From assembly GCA_963804955.1 (NCBI GenBank), contig CAWDSQ010000035.1, forward strand, positions 27,373 through 91,372: 64,000 nucleotides of DNA, read 5' to 3'. The notes below the pieces were generated by a model. It saw only the letters and a list, made by a program, of their open reading frames with translations. It ran no database searches and had not been told where the DNA came from. How positions within the stretch are numbered: position 1 is the first letter of the stretch; each line of letters starts with the position of its first letter. Source of the DNA: an uncultured delta proteobacterium (lineage in GTDB: Bacteria > Desulfobacterota > WTBG01 > CAIYCZ01 > CAIRTM01). The translations under genes were made by a program, and so were the position numbers. Of the stretch, positions 21,893 through 31,706 are shown in pieces.

Positions 21893-22043
21893 TCCCCTCA
21901 TCCTAACCTTCTCCCCTTTAAAGGGGAGAAGGGACTTTTTTTCAGCTGCTTTAAACTTGCTAATAATCTTTGACTAATTTCAAAGACGCAGCATGGGTTC
22001 CTCCCTCTCCGCCATTTTGCGGGGGAGAGGGTCGGGGTGAGGT
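21893..22043. repeat. Inverted pair of REP-like elements
   Basis: CCCCTCATCCTAACCTTCTCCCC-TTTAAA-GGGGAGAAGGG and TCCCTCTCC..GGGGAGAGGGTCGGGGTGAGG. Confidence 0.65.
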
Positions 22044-22418
22044 GGCATTAAAGGCTGGGCAAACAAAGTGTGCCCAGCTTTCATTCGGCTCCTGATTTCA
22101 GCAAGGACACTGCTTCATCTTTTACAAAAAGTGTTTGCATGGTTTTTTTCCAAAGTTTCATTGTCCGCCGCCACCGCCTTCGGCTGTTGGTGGCGGAAGA
22201 CAACTTGGCACTTCGTGCCCATGTCTCCCCCTTTCAGGGGAATCCAAGCCGCCTGCCATGCGGGGGGTATCGACTATATAACCCAAACTATAGCAAAAGA
22301 ACTGCAAGCATGTCAAACAAGGCCGTCAGACAGAAAGATCCACCGCAAAGTCGGGGGGGGGAAGGGGCCAGCAGTTGTCTTTTTGTTTAAGTTAACCGGC
22401 GCCCCGAAATTAATCGTA

Positions 22419-22769
22419 TCAAGCGCCGTGGGCCCGTATCTGCTCAAGGCGGCGCTCGCGCATGAGAAGAAACAGCGGGAAGGCGAAAGCAAACGCAACC
22501 CCAAGGGTCAGCACTGCGTACATCCACCACCGCCTCATGCCGAGCCTGCGCGCCTCAAACGGCAGCCACAGTAAAAAGGCCACAGCACCTATCGACACAT
22601 CGCTTGCCAGAGATGCGGCTGCGGGGTTGGCAAAGCCGTCCTTTATAAAGGCAGCAAGGCTGAAAGCGCCGCCCGCATCGAGCATGAATCTGATGTTGAA
22701 ATACCAGGTGACTGCTGCCCCGGCAAGGGCGAGCAGGCCATACAGAATGGTGCGGAAGGTATGCTGCAT
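22419..22769 (-). CDS. DUF2834-like membrane protein
   Basis: FANPAAASLASD..EARRLGMR..VAFAFAFPLFLLMRER. Confidence 0.8.
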   Translation of the reverse strand: MQHTFRTILYGLLALAGAAVTWYFNIRFMLDAGGAFSLAAFIKDGFANPAAASLASDVSIGAVAFLLWLPFEARRLGMRRWWMYAVLTLGVAFAFAFPLFLLMRERRLEQIRAHGA

Positions 22770-22859
22770 GACGGTCTCTCCGGAAAGAATTGTTCGGGAA
22801 ACGCTATCGCCAAACCCGCAGACGCTGCCTGCCGGTTGTGTAACCGTCATTAGGAAAGG

Positions 22860-23084
22860 TCAGGTATTAGTCCATTTGATCTGAAATTCAAGCTCCTCGT
22901 GTGCTCCTTCACGCTCATGTTCTATTGAGCACACCGCCCGTGCCGGCACGCAGATCCGCTCGCCTCCTACCTGCACCCGGAACTGACCGCCCTGCTCCAG
23001 CGCATCGGCCAGCCGCCGGAGCTTGACGGCGAATTCAGCCGCTGAATACGTTTTTTCAATATCGCGCTTTTTTTTCTTTGCCAT
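22860..23084 (-). CDS. Amphi-Trp domain protein
   Basis: RDIEKTY..KLRRLADALE..IEHERE..ELEFQIKW. Confidence 0.85.
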   Translation of the reverse strand: MAKKKKRDIEKTYSAAEFAVKLRRLADALEQGGQFRVQVGGERICVPARAVCSIEHEREGAHEELEFQIKWTNT

Positions 23085-23110
23085 AATCCGCAACCAGAAT
23101 ATTTTTTATT

Positions 23111-24118
23111 CTACTGAATGGTTCCCGCCAAAATACCTGCAACGGCCTGCCGGTAGCTGGGGCCGCCATAATTAAAGCGCCCCCCCGTAAGCCGGCACAC
23201 TTCTTCTTCCGTGTGCACGGAATCAAAGTCGGTGTTTCGTGATCCGGCGATATTAGTAAAGAGTTCGGCAGTGACCATGACGCCGTTGCTGCCAGGAGCC
23301 AAAGATATTTCAAGCCGCGAATAGACCTTGCCGCCTCTGCCCTTATGATACAGGCTGGCTTTGCCCCCCCGGCTTTTATCAACCGTATACAAAAAAGACG
23401 GCACATAGCCGCTGCCGGGGGCAATATGCGGCGAGCCCTCCTTTTCAGCAAGGCCGTTATTCCTGCCGGGGGCGGTTACCAGCATGTGGCAGGAGTCCTC
23501 ATTTGGAACCTGGTCGATAAAAACCTGTATGTCCGGTGCTGTTTCGTCTTTTGCAATATTCATCTGCGGATCTGAAAACCCCTTGAACAGATCCACGGTA
23601 AACCCTTGAAAGGATGGCCGCATCAGCATGCGGCTTTTTTTGCTGTCAACCAGCCCGGGATCGCATTTTTTCTCCAGCGTAAACACAACAGGCTTGCCGC
23701 GGTCGGGAAGGAACAAAGGATCTTTACTTCCCTCATCATAGGAATACGATTTCTCGTAAACTGTGCGTGGCGCTTCATAGCAGCGCTTTTCTATGGACCT
23801 GATGTATAACCTTTTGACCAGGAGTCCGGTCAGCACAAAATTTCCGTCGTCATCAGCTTCGGTCTTCACGGTTTCCACGCCGAAAAAACGTACGCTATTG
23901 GTGCTGAAGAACTCTCTGCCGGCTGTTATTTTTGCTCCGGCAACCGGCTGGCCATTCTGGTTGATGACCTTACCGTAAAAAATTATTGCCGTATCAGAGG
24001 AGTTTTCTGTCGGCTGGGCCAGATTGTTTTTTTCGCTATAGGTATCTGCTGCAAAAACATCGCAGGCCAGAAAAAGCCCCAGTAAAAAAGCAAAGGACAT
24101 CACGGATTGTTTTTTCAT
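23111..24118 (-). CDS. Secreted protein with carboxypeptidase-regulatory-like N-terminal domain
   Basis: Signal peptide; FYGKVINQNGQPVAGAKI..DDDGNFVL. Confidence 0.7.
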   Translation of the reverse strand: MKKQSVMSFAFLLGLFLACDVFAADTYSEKNNLAQPTENSSDTAIIFYGKVINQNGQPVAGAKITAGREFFSTNSVRFFGVETVKTEADDDGNFVLTGLLVKRLYIRSIEKRCYEAPRTVYEKSYSYDEGSKDPLFLPDRGKPVVFTLEKKCDPGLVDSKKSRMLMRPSFQGFTVDLFKGFSDPQMNIAKDETAPDIQVFIDQVPNEDSCHMLVTAPGRNNGLAEKEGSPHIAPGSGYVPSFLYTVDKSRGGKASLYHKGRGGKVYSRLEISLAPGSNGVMVTAELFTNIAGSRNTDFDSVHTEEEVCRLTGGRFNYGGPSYRQAVAGILAGTIQ

Positions 24119-24170
24119 AATGTTATTCCATTGCAAGATGTGTGGTGAGCAGAGCACTGCCCGTTTATTG

Positions 24171-24293
24171 TCTTCAGAAAACCATCAGCCACAGGCGATG
24201 GTTTTCTGAAGAATGCAACACAAACACTGCGTGTTTTTGCTAACGCCCTTTCAGGGCGAAATCAAGCCACCCTCTCTGCGTGTGGTTGTTGAC
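24171..24293 (-). mobile_element. Non-autonomous palindromic element with an IS200/IS605-like end
   Basis: Minus strand begins GTCAACAACCAC..GTGGCTTG; internal CGCCCTGAAAGGGCG hairpin; long inverted repeat TCTTCAGAAAACCATC..GATGGTTTTCTGAAGA. Confidence 0.5.
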
Positions 24294-24575
24294 TTGCCGG
24301 ATGGGCGCATCTAACCGCAACCCATCATTGAAGGCAATACCCACCTGCATAGACGATGATTTTCCTAAAGACAATAAGTTTTTTATCAGGAAGCCCGCTT
24401 CATATTCAAGCTTTTAATATCGTTAGAAACCATGGCCTGCCAATAAAGCCAGAGAGGCCGGCATGAAAACCTGTACCCGGGAAAAATTTTTGTTTGCGAA
24501 CATTCCCGTAAAAAACTTTCGCATTTTTGCCCGTGGACTTCTTGCCCGCCCTATCTGTTGTTAATAAGGCCCTGC

Positions 24576-26495
24576 TTACCGCTGAAGAAGCCTGCCCCGC
24601 TTCCAGGAAGAAGACAAGCGCTGTGCCTCGGCAATTTGCTGACCGTTCATATCTTTTTTAAGCTTGTTTTGAAAGGTGCGATAGCGGGCTTCACCCGGGT
24701 CCTGAGCCGCTGCCACGTTCAGCCATGCGCAAGCTATAACTAAATCCTGCGGCACCCCCGCACCCAAAACATAGAGCCTCCCAAGGTTGCACTGCGCATC
24801 AGCATGCCCCTGGGCAGCGGCCTTCTGATACCACTCGGCAGCTCTATCCATGTCCTTCGGGACTCCATCGCCCTGGTCATAAATAACCCCAAGATTATAC
24901 TGAGCTGCAGCATTACCCTGTGCTGCTGACTTCTGACACCACTCGATTGCCTTGTTCATATTTTTAGGAACACCATTGCCGCTTGCATAAGAAAAGCCAA
25001 GGGTAGCCTGTGCTCCTGCATGCCCCTGCTCCGCCGCTTGCTGATACCACCCGATTGCTTTGACCATGTCCTTCGGGACTCCATCGCCCTTCGCATAAAT
25101 AAGCCCCAGGTTATACTGTGCAGTAGCGTTTTTCTGTGCTGCTGCTGTATGCCACAGGTCAACTGCTTTGCTCATATCTTTAGGCACACCCTTGCCTGTC
25201 GCATAGGCAAATCCGAGTTCAACCCGCGCTTTGGCATTTCCCTGGTCAATGGCTTTTTGATACCATGCAACAGCTTTTTGCAGGTCTTTAGGTATACCGT
25301 CACCATTGGCATAGCTGAGCGCCAGAAAAAATTGAGCGGCAGCGTTTCCCTGATCAGCAGCTTTTTGATACCATGCAGCAGCCTTTTGCGTATTCTTGGG
25401 AATACCGTCACCATTGGCATACCTGATCCCAAGCAAATAGTGCGCGCCAGCGTTTCCCTGGTCAGCCGCCTTTTGCCAGCACTCAACAGCCTTTTTCATA
25501 TTAAGAGGAGCACCACTGCCAGTGGCATAACAAAGCCCGAGAGAAAATTGAGCATCAGCGTTTCCTCGCAAAGCTGCAAACTGGTACCACTCGACAGCCT
25601 TTTGCATGTTTTTGGCTACACCGTTACCCGTCGCATAGCAGAGGGCAAGGAAATATTGCGCATCGGCGCTGCCCAGCTCAGCTGCTCTCTGATACCAGTT
25701 CACAGCCTTTTTCATATCCAGAGGAACACCTTCCCCCAGATTATACTTGAACCCAAGCTTAAATTGCGCACGGGCTTCTCCTTGTTCTGCTGCCTTCTGA
25801 TACCAGTACAGTGCTTTCTCCATGTCTTTCGGGACGCCATCACCCTGATCATAGAGTAAACCAAGTTGAAACTGCGAAGGGACATATCCCCGCTCTGCTG
25901 CCTTTTGCGATGCTTCAAATAGTTTTTGCCACCACGCATAGCTTGCTTTGGAAGCATCGACGTCCAGATTATTATGCATGAGCCAAAATTTTAACTGTGC
26001 ACGGGCAGCTTCCTGCTCAGCGGCCTTTTGATACCACTCAACAGCCCTGTTCATATCTTCCGGGACACCTTCTGGAATCTCATTGCGGAGATCAAGAAGA
26101 AATTTTGCGGCAGCGTTTCCCTGCGCAGCTGCTTTTTGTACCCATTCAATGGCCTTATTTTTATCTTCGGGAACACCGTCACCTTTAAGGTAACAGGCTC
26201 CAAGGGAATATTGCGCAGCAGCGTTTCCCTGCTCTGCCGCTTTTTGATACCACTCGGCAGCCTTTTTGATATCTTTTGGGGCGCCATCTCCATTTTCATA
26301 GATGACACCTGTTCTGTATTGTGCATCGGCATTGCCCGCAGCAGCCAGCTTGTGGATCCTGGTAAATTCTTTTGTTTCAGCAGCTTGTGTAGAGTCTTTT
26401 TTTTCTGCGGGATAGGAACGGTTGGCGAACCCGAAGGATATAAGCATGAAAAGGGATATGCCTAAAAAAAATTTCAGGGAAATTCGAAGCGGCAT
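24576..26495 (-). CDS. Secreted Sel1-like repeat protein (about 15 repeats)
   Basis: 36-aa units GDGVPKDxxKAxxWYQKAAEQGxAxAQ; signal peptide. Confidence 0.95.
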   Translation of the reverse strand: MPLRISLKFFLGISLFMLISFGFANRSYPAEKKDSTQAAETKEFTRIHKLAAAGNADAQYRTGVIYENGDGAPKDIKKAAEWYQKAAEQGNAAAQYSLGACYLKGDGVPEDKNKAIEWVQKAAAQGNAAAKFLLDLRNEIPEGVPEDMNRAVEWYQKAAEQEAARAQLKFWLMHNNLDVDASKASYAWWQKLFEASQKAAERGYVPSQFQLGLLYDQGDGVPKDMEKALYWYQKAAEQGEARAQFKLGFKYNLGEGVPLDMKKAVNWYQRAAELGSADAQYFLALCYATGNGVAKNMQKAVEWYQFAALRGNADAQFSLGLCYATGSGAPLNMKKAVECWQKAADQGNAGAHYLLGIRYANGDGIPKNTQKAAAWYQKAADQGNAAAQFFLALSYANGDGIPKDLQKAVAWYQKAIDQGNAKARVELGFAYATGKGVPKDMSKAVDLWHTAAAQKNATAQYNLGLIYAKGDGVPKDMVKAIGWYQQAAEQGHAGAQATLGFSYASGNGVPKNMNKAIEWCQKSAAQGNAAAQYNLGVIYDQGDGVPKDMDRAAEWYQKAAAQGHADAQCNLGRLYVLGAGVPQDLVIACAWLNVAAAQDPGEARYRTFQNKLKKDMNGQQIAEAQRLSSSWKRGRLLQR

Positions 26496-27194
26496 TACGA
26501 TCTCCTTAATGGAAAACGGCACGAACTATATTCTGCGATTCTTGACCTAATGGATGCGCTATCAACCCGATAGATTTTTATGGGGTGCTGCTCACACGCT
26601 TTCCGCCACACGGGTCTTGCTGTAGACCCTCCCTTTTTTATCTCCGCCCATTGCCCGATTGGTACTATCCATGGCTGAGGTTGCAGGCACATGCGAGCCG
26701 CACAGGGGATTTTTGTTGGTTCATAAATGAGATACATATTACATGCCTTCGCCATCTGTGCATGTGCCGATACAAAATATTCATTTCTCTGCGGAGGGCA
26801 ATTCGTACTATGCTCAGCAGGGGGAAATACTGCTTCACACAAATCTTCTTCTATGATAATTTTTATATTATTTTAAAACAAAAGAAACAAGTGTTTTATA
26901 GCGAAGCGGTTTGCACGAACAGAACTATAACCTGCCACCAGGCCTTTTTTCTTCTCCTGCTGCGCCGATTGAGAGCTCCTTTCTGGCGGGGCAGTGATTG
27001 CTGGTGTCGCAGATGGTGATATGTTAACCGTCATGCATCAAGGCTCGGATAAGCAGAGAAGGCTGTAGTTGTTGCTGGTTGCCCCGAGAAAAATTATCCA
27101 TGTGTCAACGGTTTGTGCGCATCATCCTGGCCGGTGAGCCTGCCGGATTTCATGCTGTGAATGCTGCGGCAGGGCTCTGGGTACGATCAAAGCT

Positions 27195-27656
27195 ATGAAA
27201 ACAATTTTAGTTATATATCATTCCCAGGGAGGCACTACGGAGTGTATGGCGCGGGCTGTAGCCGATGGTGCGGCCGGGATGGAAGGGGCCTGCGCTCTTC
27301 TGAAGCGGGCCGTCGAGGCATCCCTTGATGATCTTTTGAGCTGCGACGGCCTTGTGATCGGCTCGCCTGAGTACTTCGGCTATATGGCAGGAGCTGTGAA
27401 GGATTTTTTTGACAGAACCTATGAAGCGGGGCATACAGGGAGAAGGTCTTTTCGTAAGCCGTATGCCGTTTTTATTCATGCAGGCAATGACGGCACCGGC
27501 GCCCTTGCCAGCATCGAGCGCATCTGCCGCGGGTATACATTTAAAAAAGTATATGAACCCCTTATTGCCTGCGGCGACGTGACGGACAGTGTGCTGGCGC
27601 GGTGTGTAGAGATGGGGCAAACCATCGCGGCAGGCTGTGTTGAGGGGATTTATTAA
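27195..27656 (+). CDS. Flavodoxin-fold (WrbA-like) protein
   Basis: YHSQGGTTECMA, GSPEYFGYMAG.VKDFFDR, HAGNDGTGA. Confidence 0.88.
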   Translation: MKTILVIYHSQGGTTECMARAVADGAAGMEGACALLKRAVEASLDDLLSCDGLVIGSPEYFGYMAGAVKDFFDRTYEAGHTGRRSFRKPYAVFIHAGNDGTGALASIERICRGYTFKKVYEPLIACGDVTDSVLARCVEMGQTIAAGCVEGIY

Positions 27657-27858
27657 GCAGTGGGAAACATGAAATCAGAGCTTGCATGTGTTTTGCTGGC
27701 ACGCATCGCTATATATTTACGCTATGCCCTGAACGCGGACAGGCTCAGCAGTTCTTCGCGGGATGATTTTTTCAAGGCGGTAAAAAAAGCGCAGATCGGC
27801 GCTGCACGTTTAACCGGCCTGTATAAACGCAAATAAGTTATTCAAAACGGGGAGAGAC

Positions 27859-28263
27859 ATGGAACACATTTCAGATCCTGTAGCCTATGCGCGCGATGTG
27901 GTCGGCGGCGACCCCATGGCAACATTTCTCGGGGTGCATATCGATGAAGTGCGGCAGGGCTATGCCCGCTGCTCGCTTTTAGTAAAGCCTGAATATTTGA
28001 ATGCCGCTGATCGGGCCCATGGGGTGACGGTCTGCGCCGTTGCAGACCAGGCTTTTGCCGTCGCCTGCAACTCTCTTGGTACAAAAGCCCTCGCGGTGAG
28101 CCTTAAGCTTACCTATACGGCTGCTGCGCCTCCGGGTGATATTATCGTTGCCGAGGCAACGCCGGTCAATGTGGGCCGCAAGGTAAGCGTCTGGAAGATC
28201 GAGGTGCGCGGCAGGGAAAATGGCCTGATTGCCTCCTGCGAAGGAATTGCCTATCATAAATGA
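27859..28263 (+). CDS. PaaI family hotdog-fold thioesterase
   Basis: LNAADRAHG..ADQAFAVACNS. Confidence 0.88.
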   Translation: MEHISDPVAYARDVVGGDPMATFLGVHIDEVRQGYARCSLLVKPEYLNAADRAHGVTVCAVADQAFAVACNSLGTKALAVSLKLTYTAAAPPGDIIVAEATPVNVGRKVSVWKIEVRGRENGLIASCEGIAYHK

Positions 28264-28282
28264 ATGCTGCGGGAGAGCGCTC

Positions 28283-28681
28283 ATGCTGAAGAAAAAGAGC
28301 AAGGGCATGATCGAGGCCGAGATCAGCGAGGCCATGATCAAGTTTGAAAAAGAGTATATGGGCCGCGGGCCACTGGAGACAAAAACCTATATTGTTGAAG
28401 ATATGGTCATCGTGCGGCTTACCAAAGTGCTGACCCGTGCAGAAGAGCAGCTCACCAGAACAGCCGAAGGTCTGGCGCTCATAAAAAAGGTACGGGTGAC
28501 GCTGCTTGAAGAGGCCCGTCACCTTCTTGAGGCCATAATCAAGGATATCGCCGACAGTCAGGTGCTGAGCATGCACACGGATATCAGCACGACAACCGGT
28601 GAGAGGGTTATCATTTTCGTTCTTGACCGTAACCTTGAGGAGGTGTTAAAAAAATCTATTGAAAAACAGAAAGTGTTATGA
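28283..28681 (+). CDS. DUF2294 / MpsC family protein
   Basis: KGMIEAEISEAMIKFEKEYMGRGP..LTRAEEQL..SMHTDISTTTGERVIIFVL. Confidence 0.88.
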   Translation: MLKKKSKGMIEAEISEAMIKFEKEYMGRGPLETKTYIVEDMVIVRLTKVLTRAEEQLTRTAEGLALIKKVRVTLLEEARHLLEAIIKDIADSQVLSMHTDISTTTGERVIIFVLDRNLEEVLKKSIEKQKVL

Positions 28682-28689
28682 GATAATAC

Positions 28690-28850
28690 AAGAAGATTGG
28701 AAGATTGTGTTAAATACCTGAGGCATGACACGGGGCGTTCGCGGGCAAAAACCGGCGAAATCCCTTGAGCCGATAAGGTGGTTAATAAATAAGCCAATAT
28801 CAGACAAGCCCTCTCAATGCGGGCCCGCTGATATTGGCTTTTTGTTTTTT
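28690..28850 (+). promoter_or_regulatory. Structured leader / transcription attenuator upstream of the PEPCK-like gene
   Basis: Three small hairpins, then a 13-bp terminator stem (28791-28803 with 28828-28840) plus T-tract ending at the GGAGG RBS (28851). Confidence 0.65.
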
Positions 28851-28860
28851 GGAGGTGTTT

Positions 28861-30628
28861 ATGGATAGAGCTAAATTCATGATTTTTTGCCCGTAAGGTG
28901 ATCATCTATACCAGGGGCAAGGTATGCGAAACGCCGGAAGAGTTGCTGTCAAGCCCGTTGTTTACAGAACTGCTGCGCCGGTATTTTGATGAGCTTGCCG
29001 AAAAGCAGTCCTACCTTATAAAGGTGCTTGGCGACAGGCCGGCCGATGCCGAAACGATCAGCCTGCTTGTGGAAACACTGCGGCATCTTGCAAAGCTGCC
29101 GTATACAAAAGTACCCAGCGTGGTGCCGGGCGCCGAGGTGTTTTTTCGTGACATGGCCCTGATCAGCGAGTTTATCGAGCAGCTTTATAACTACTGGCGC
29201 AGCCATGACCGGTTTCTGCTGTGCGATTCCGAAGGCGACATTCTTGACCAGCGCCCCTACAGGACGTTCAATTTTTCCATAGAAACGCTTACGCATCTGA
29301 TCCGGAGCGTCTACCGCGACATCCAGGAGAATATCACGCTGTCGCATCCGCGCATTTACCGTCAGGTCACGGCGGGAGCTGAAATAGCAGCCATATCCCT
29401 GCCGCAGAAGCTGCAGCTGCCAGGGGGTGTCTATGAGAAGCTTTATAAGATACCGGTCATCAGGCAGGTTCTTATCAATCCGCCCCTTATTTTGAACCCG
29501 CCCATGAACAAGCGGACCGGGCAGTTCGTGAAGGTGGAGCGCAACCCGCTTGAGTTAGTGGAGTTTCATCAGGATGAATGGCTCTGCTATCCGGCCAAGG
29601 TCGGACCGCTGTTGATACTGGTGTATTTTCACGCCCGTTTTTTTGAGCTTGGGTTTACCCTGTGCAATCTGTTCGAGCTTGCTGAAGATGAGGATTTGAA
29701 CAGGCCACCCGATGCTGTCTATGCCTTCGGCGCGCCAGCCGGCAGCCTTGACGGGCTTGGCGTTTTCCCGACGGTTTTCCATGAAGATGCTGAACATGAT
29801 TTGCTTGTTGCAGCAGCGCCCTGTGATGATGCTTTCGGCTATTTTGGCTATCTTAAAAAAATGGTGCTCACGCTGCACAATATCAAGATGATGCAGGCCG
29901 GAAAACTGCCATTTCACGGCGCATTTGTCAAAATGCTCCTGAACGATTACGGAGAGAAAAATATCCTGATCATCGGCGACACGGGCGCGGGCAAGTCCGA
30001 GACACTGGAGGCCCTCAGAACCCTGGGTGAAGGCCGCATCAAAGGCATGTTTATCATTGCCGACGATATGGGCTCCCTTGATATTGATGAAGAAGGCCGC
30101 ATCATCGGCTATGGAACCGAGACAGGCGCTTTTCTGCGCCTTGATGACCTGCAGGCCGGCTATGCCTTTGGACAGATCGACCGTTCCATTATCATGAGCC
30201 CCAGCCAGGTGAATGCCCGGATCGTGCTGCCCGTCACGACCTATGCTATGGTCATGCAGGGCCACAGGGTCGATGTGGTGCTGTATGCCAACAACTATGA
30301 GCAGGTTGACGATGAGCATCCGGTCATCGAGCGGTTTACCTCTGTTGATCAGGCTTTCAGCGTTTTTCGCGAAGGCACGGTCATGAGCAAGGGCACAACT
30401 ACCTCGAGCGGTATTGTGCACTCTTATTTTGCCAATATTTTCGGGCCTGCACAGTACCGGCAGGTACATGACCGGCTTGCCACGATATTTTTTAACGCTT
30501 TTTTCAGCAAAGACGTTTTTGTCGGTCAGATGCGCACACGCCTGGGCATTGCGGGATATGAAACCGATGGGCCTGCCCAGGCTGCCGAAGAATTGCTTGA
30601 GAGACTACAGCAGGCAACGAATAAGTAG
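28861..30628 (+). CDS. Atypical phosphoenolpyruvate carboxykinase-like P-loop protein (indel in T-run ~28885)
   Basis: YFGYLKK, LPFHGA, Walker A GDTGAGKSET, IIADDMG; GGAGG then ATG at 28861, long frame resumes by 28898. Confidence 0.75.
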
Positions 30629-30772
30629 AAGCCTCAAGAAGGGTAGTGCTATGCGCTGTATTGTGTTTGCTAATTATATTATTAGTACCGCCAAGCAAGC
30701 GGCTGGTTTTTTCTTGCGGCGCGCACTTGCGGATTCATAAATTTACATAGGAACTATAAGTAGTTATATATA

Positions 30773-30802
30773 TTGACAGGGGAATGCTTCGTGTGCTATA
30801 AA
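30773..30802 (+). promoter_or_regulatory. Sigma70-type promoter of the por operon
   Basis: TTGACA-18 bp-TATAAA with extended TG. Confidence 0.6.
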
Positions 30803-30859
30803 TTCTCCTCTTAAATTAGAAAATGAGTGGGGTTTTGAAAATATACAGGAGGACACGGT

Positions 30860-31411
30860 ATGCTTGAAGTTCGCTTACATGGAAGAGGCGGGCAGGGATC
30901 AGTCACGTCTGCCGAGCTGTTTGCCGAAGCGGCAATCGGCGAGGGCAAGTACGCCCAGGCTTTCCCCAGCTTCGGTCCCGAGCGCCGCGGCGCGCCGGTG
31001 CGGGCCTTTATCCGCATCGACGACAAAGCCATTCAGCTGCGCAATGAAATTGACGAGCCTGATGTGGTGCTGGTGCTTGATCCCACACTGATTCGGGTGG
31101 TCAATGTGACCGAAGGCTTGAAAAAGGACGGGATTGTCATCTTGAATACCAGCAAGTCCGTTGCTGAGATCAGGAAAGAGTACGGCATCACGGCAAACGT
31201 CGCAACAGTCAATGCCACCAGAATCGCAACCGAAAATCTTGGCCGCCCCATTGCCAATACCACCATGCTGGGCGCCCTGATCAAGGTGACCAATGTTATT
31301 GCCATCGAATCGCTCAAGGAAGCATTCGGGCACCGGTTCGGCAAACTGGGGGAAAAGAATTACAAGTCATGCCAGGCAGCTTTTGGCGAGACGGTAATGG
31401 AGGGACGCTGA
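30860..31411 (+). CDS. porC: Pyruvate/2-oxoacid:ferredoxin oxidoreductase gamma subunit
   Basis: EVRLHGRGGQG, FGPERRGAPV, NTTMLGA. Confidence 0.92.
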   Translation: MLEVRLHGRGGQGSVTSAELFAEAAIGEGKYAQAFPSFGPERRGAPVRAFIRIDDKAIQLRNEIDEPDVVLVLDPTLIRVVNVTEGLKKDGIVILNTSKSVAEIRKEYGITANVATVNATRIATENLGRPIANTTMLGALIKVTNVIAIESLKEAFGHRFGKLGEKNYKSCQAAFGETVMEGR

Positions 31412-31412
31412 C

Positions 31413-31706
31413 ATGGCAAAAAAAGATTTTGAACTGACCTGGAAAGAGATACCTGTCGGCGTCATCGTGCATGAGCCCGGCAATGCAAGCGAATATCAGA
31501 CCGGCGACTGGCGCTCGCAGATGCCCGTGCTGGACAGGGCAAAATGCGTAAAGTGCGGCATTTGCTACCGCTTCTGCCCCGAGCCCTGCATCGTCAAAGA
31601 CGACGAAGGCTATTATGTGGCGGATCTGTTCTACTGCAAGGGCTGCGGCATCTGCGCCTATGAATGCCCCAAGGATGCAATAACCATCGTGAAGGAGGAA
31701 CATTAA
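31413..31706 (+). CDS. porD: Pyruvate/2-oxoacid:ferredoxin oxidoreductase delta subunit
   Basis: TGDWRS, CVKCGICYRFCP and CKGCGICAYECP. Confidence 0.92.
   Translation: MAKKDFELTWKEIPVGVIVHEPGNASEYQTGDWRSQMPVLDRAKCVKCGICYRFCPEPCIVKDDEGYYVADLFYCKGCGICAYECPKDAITIVKEEH

Noticed and set aside
24576..26495. 108-bp periodic repeats as CRISPR or DGR
   Set aside because: They are coding Sel1 repeats; no identical repeat-spacer structure, cas or reverse transcriptase genes.
26495..27190. ORFs 26495-26842 and 26585-27019
   Set aside because: Atypical composition, no motifs; treated as a divergent intergenic region.
27669..27837. ~55-codon ORF MKSELACV..
   Set aside because: No recognisable motif; cannot be supported.
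28741..28780. c-di-GMP-I riboswitch (GGCAAA..GAAA)
   Set aside because: Lacks the GNRA-capped stem pairing and the following GACGCAAAG and P3 elements.
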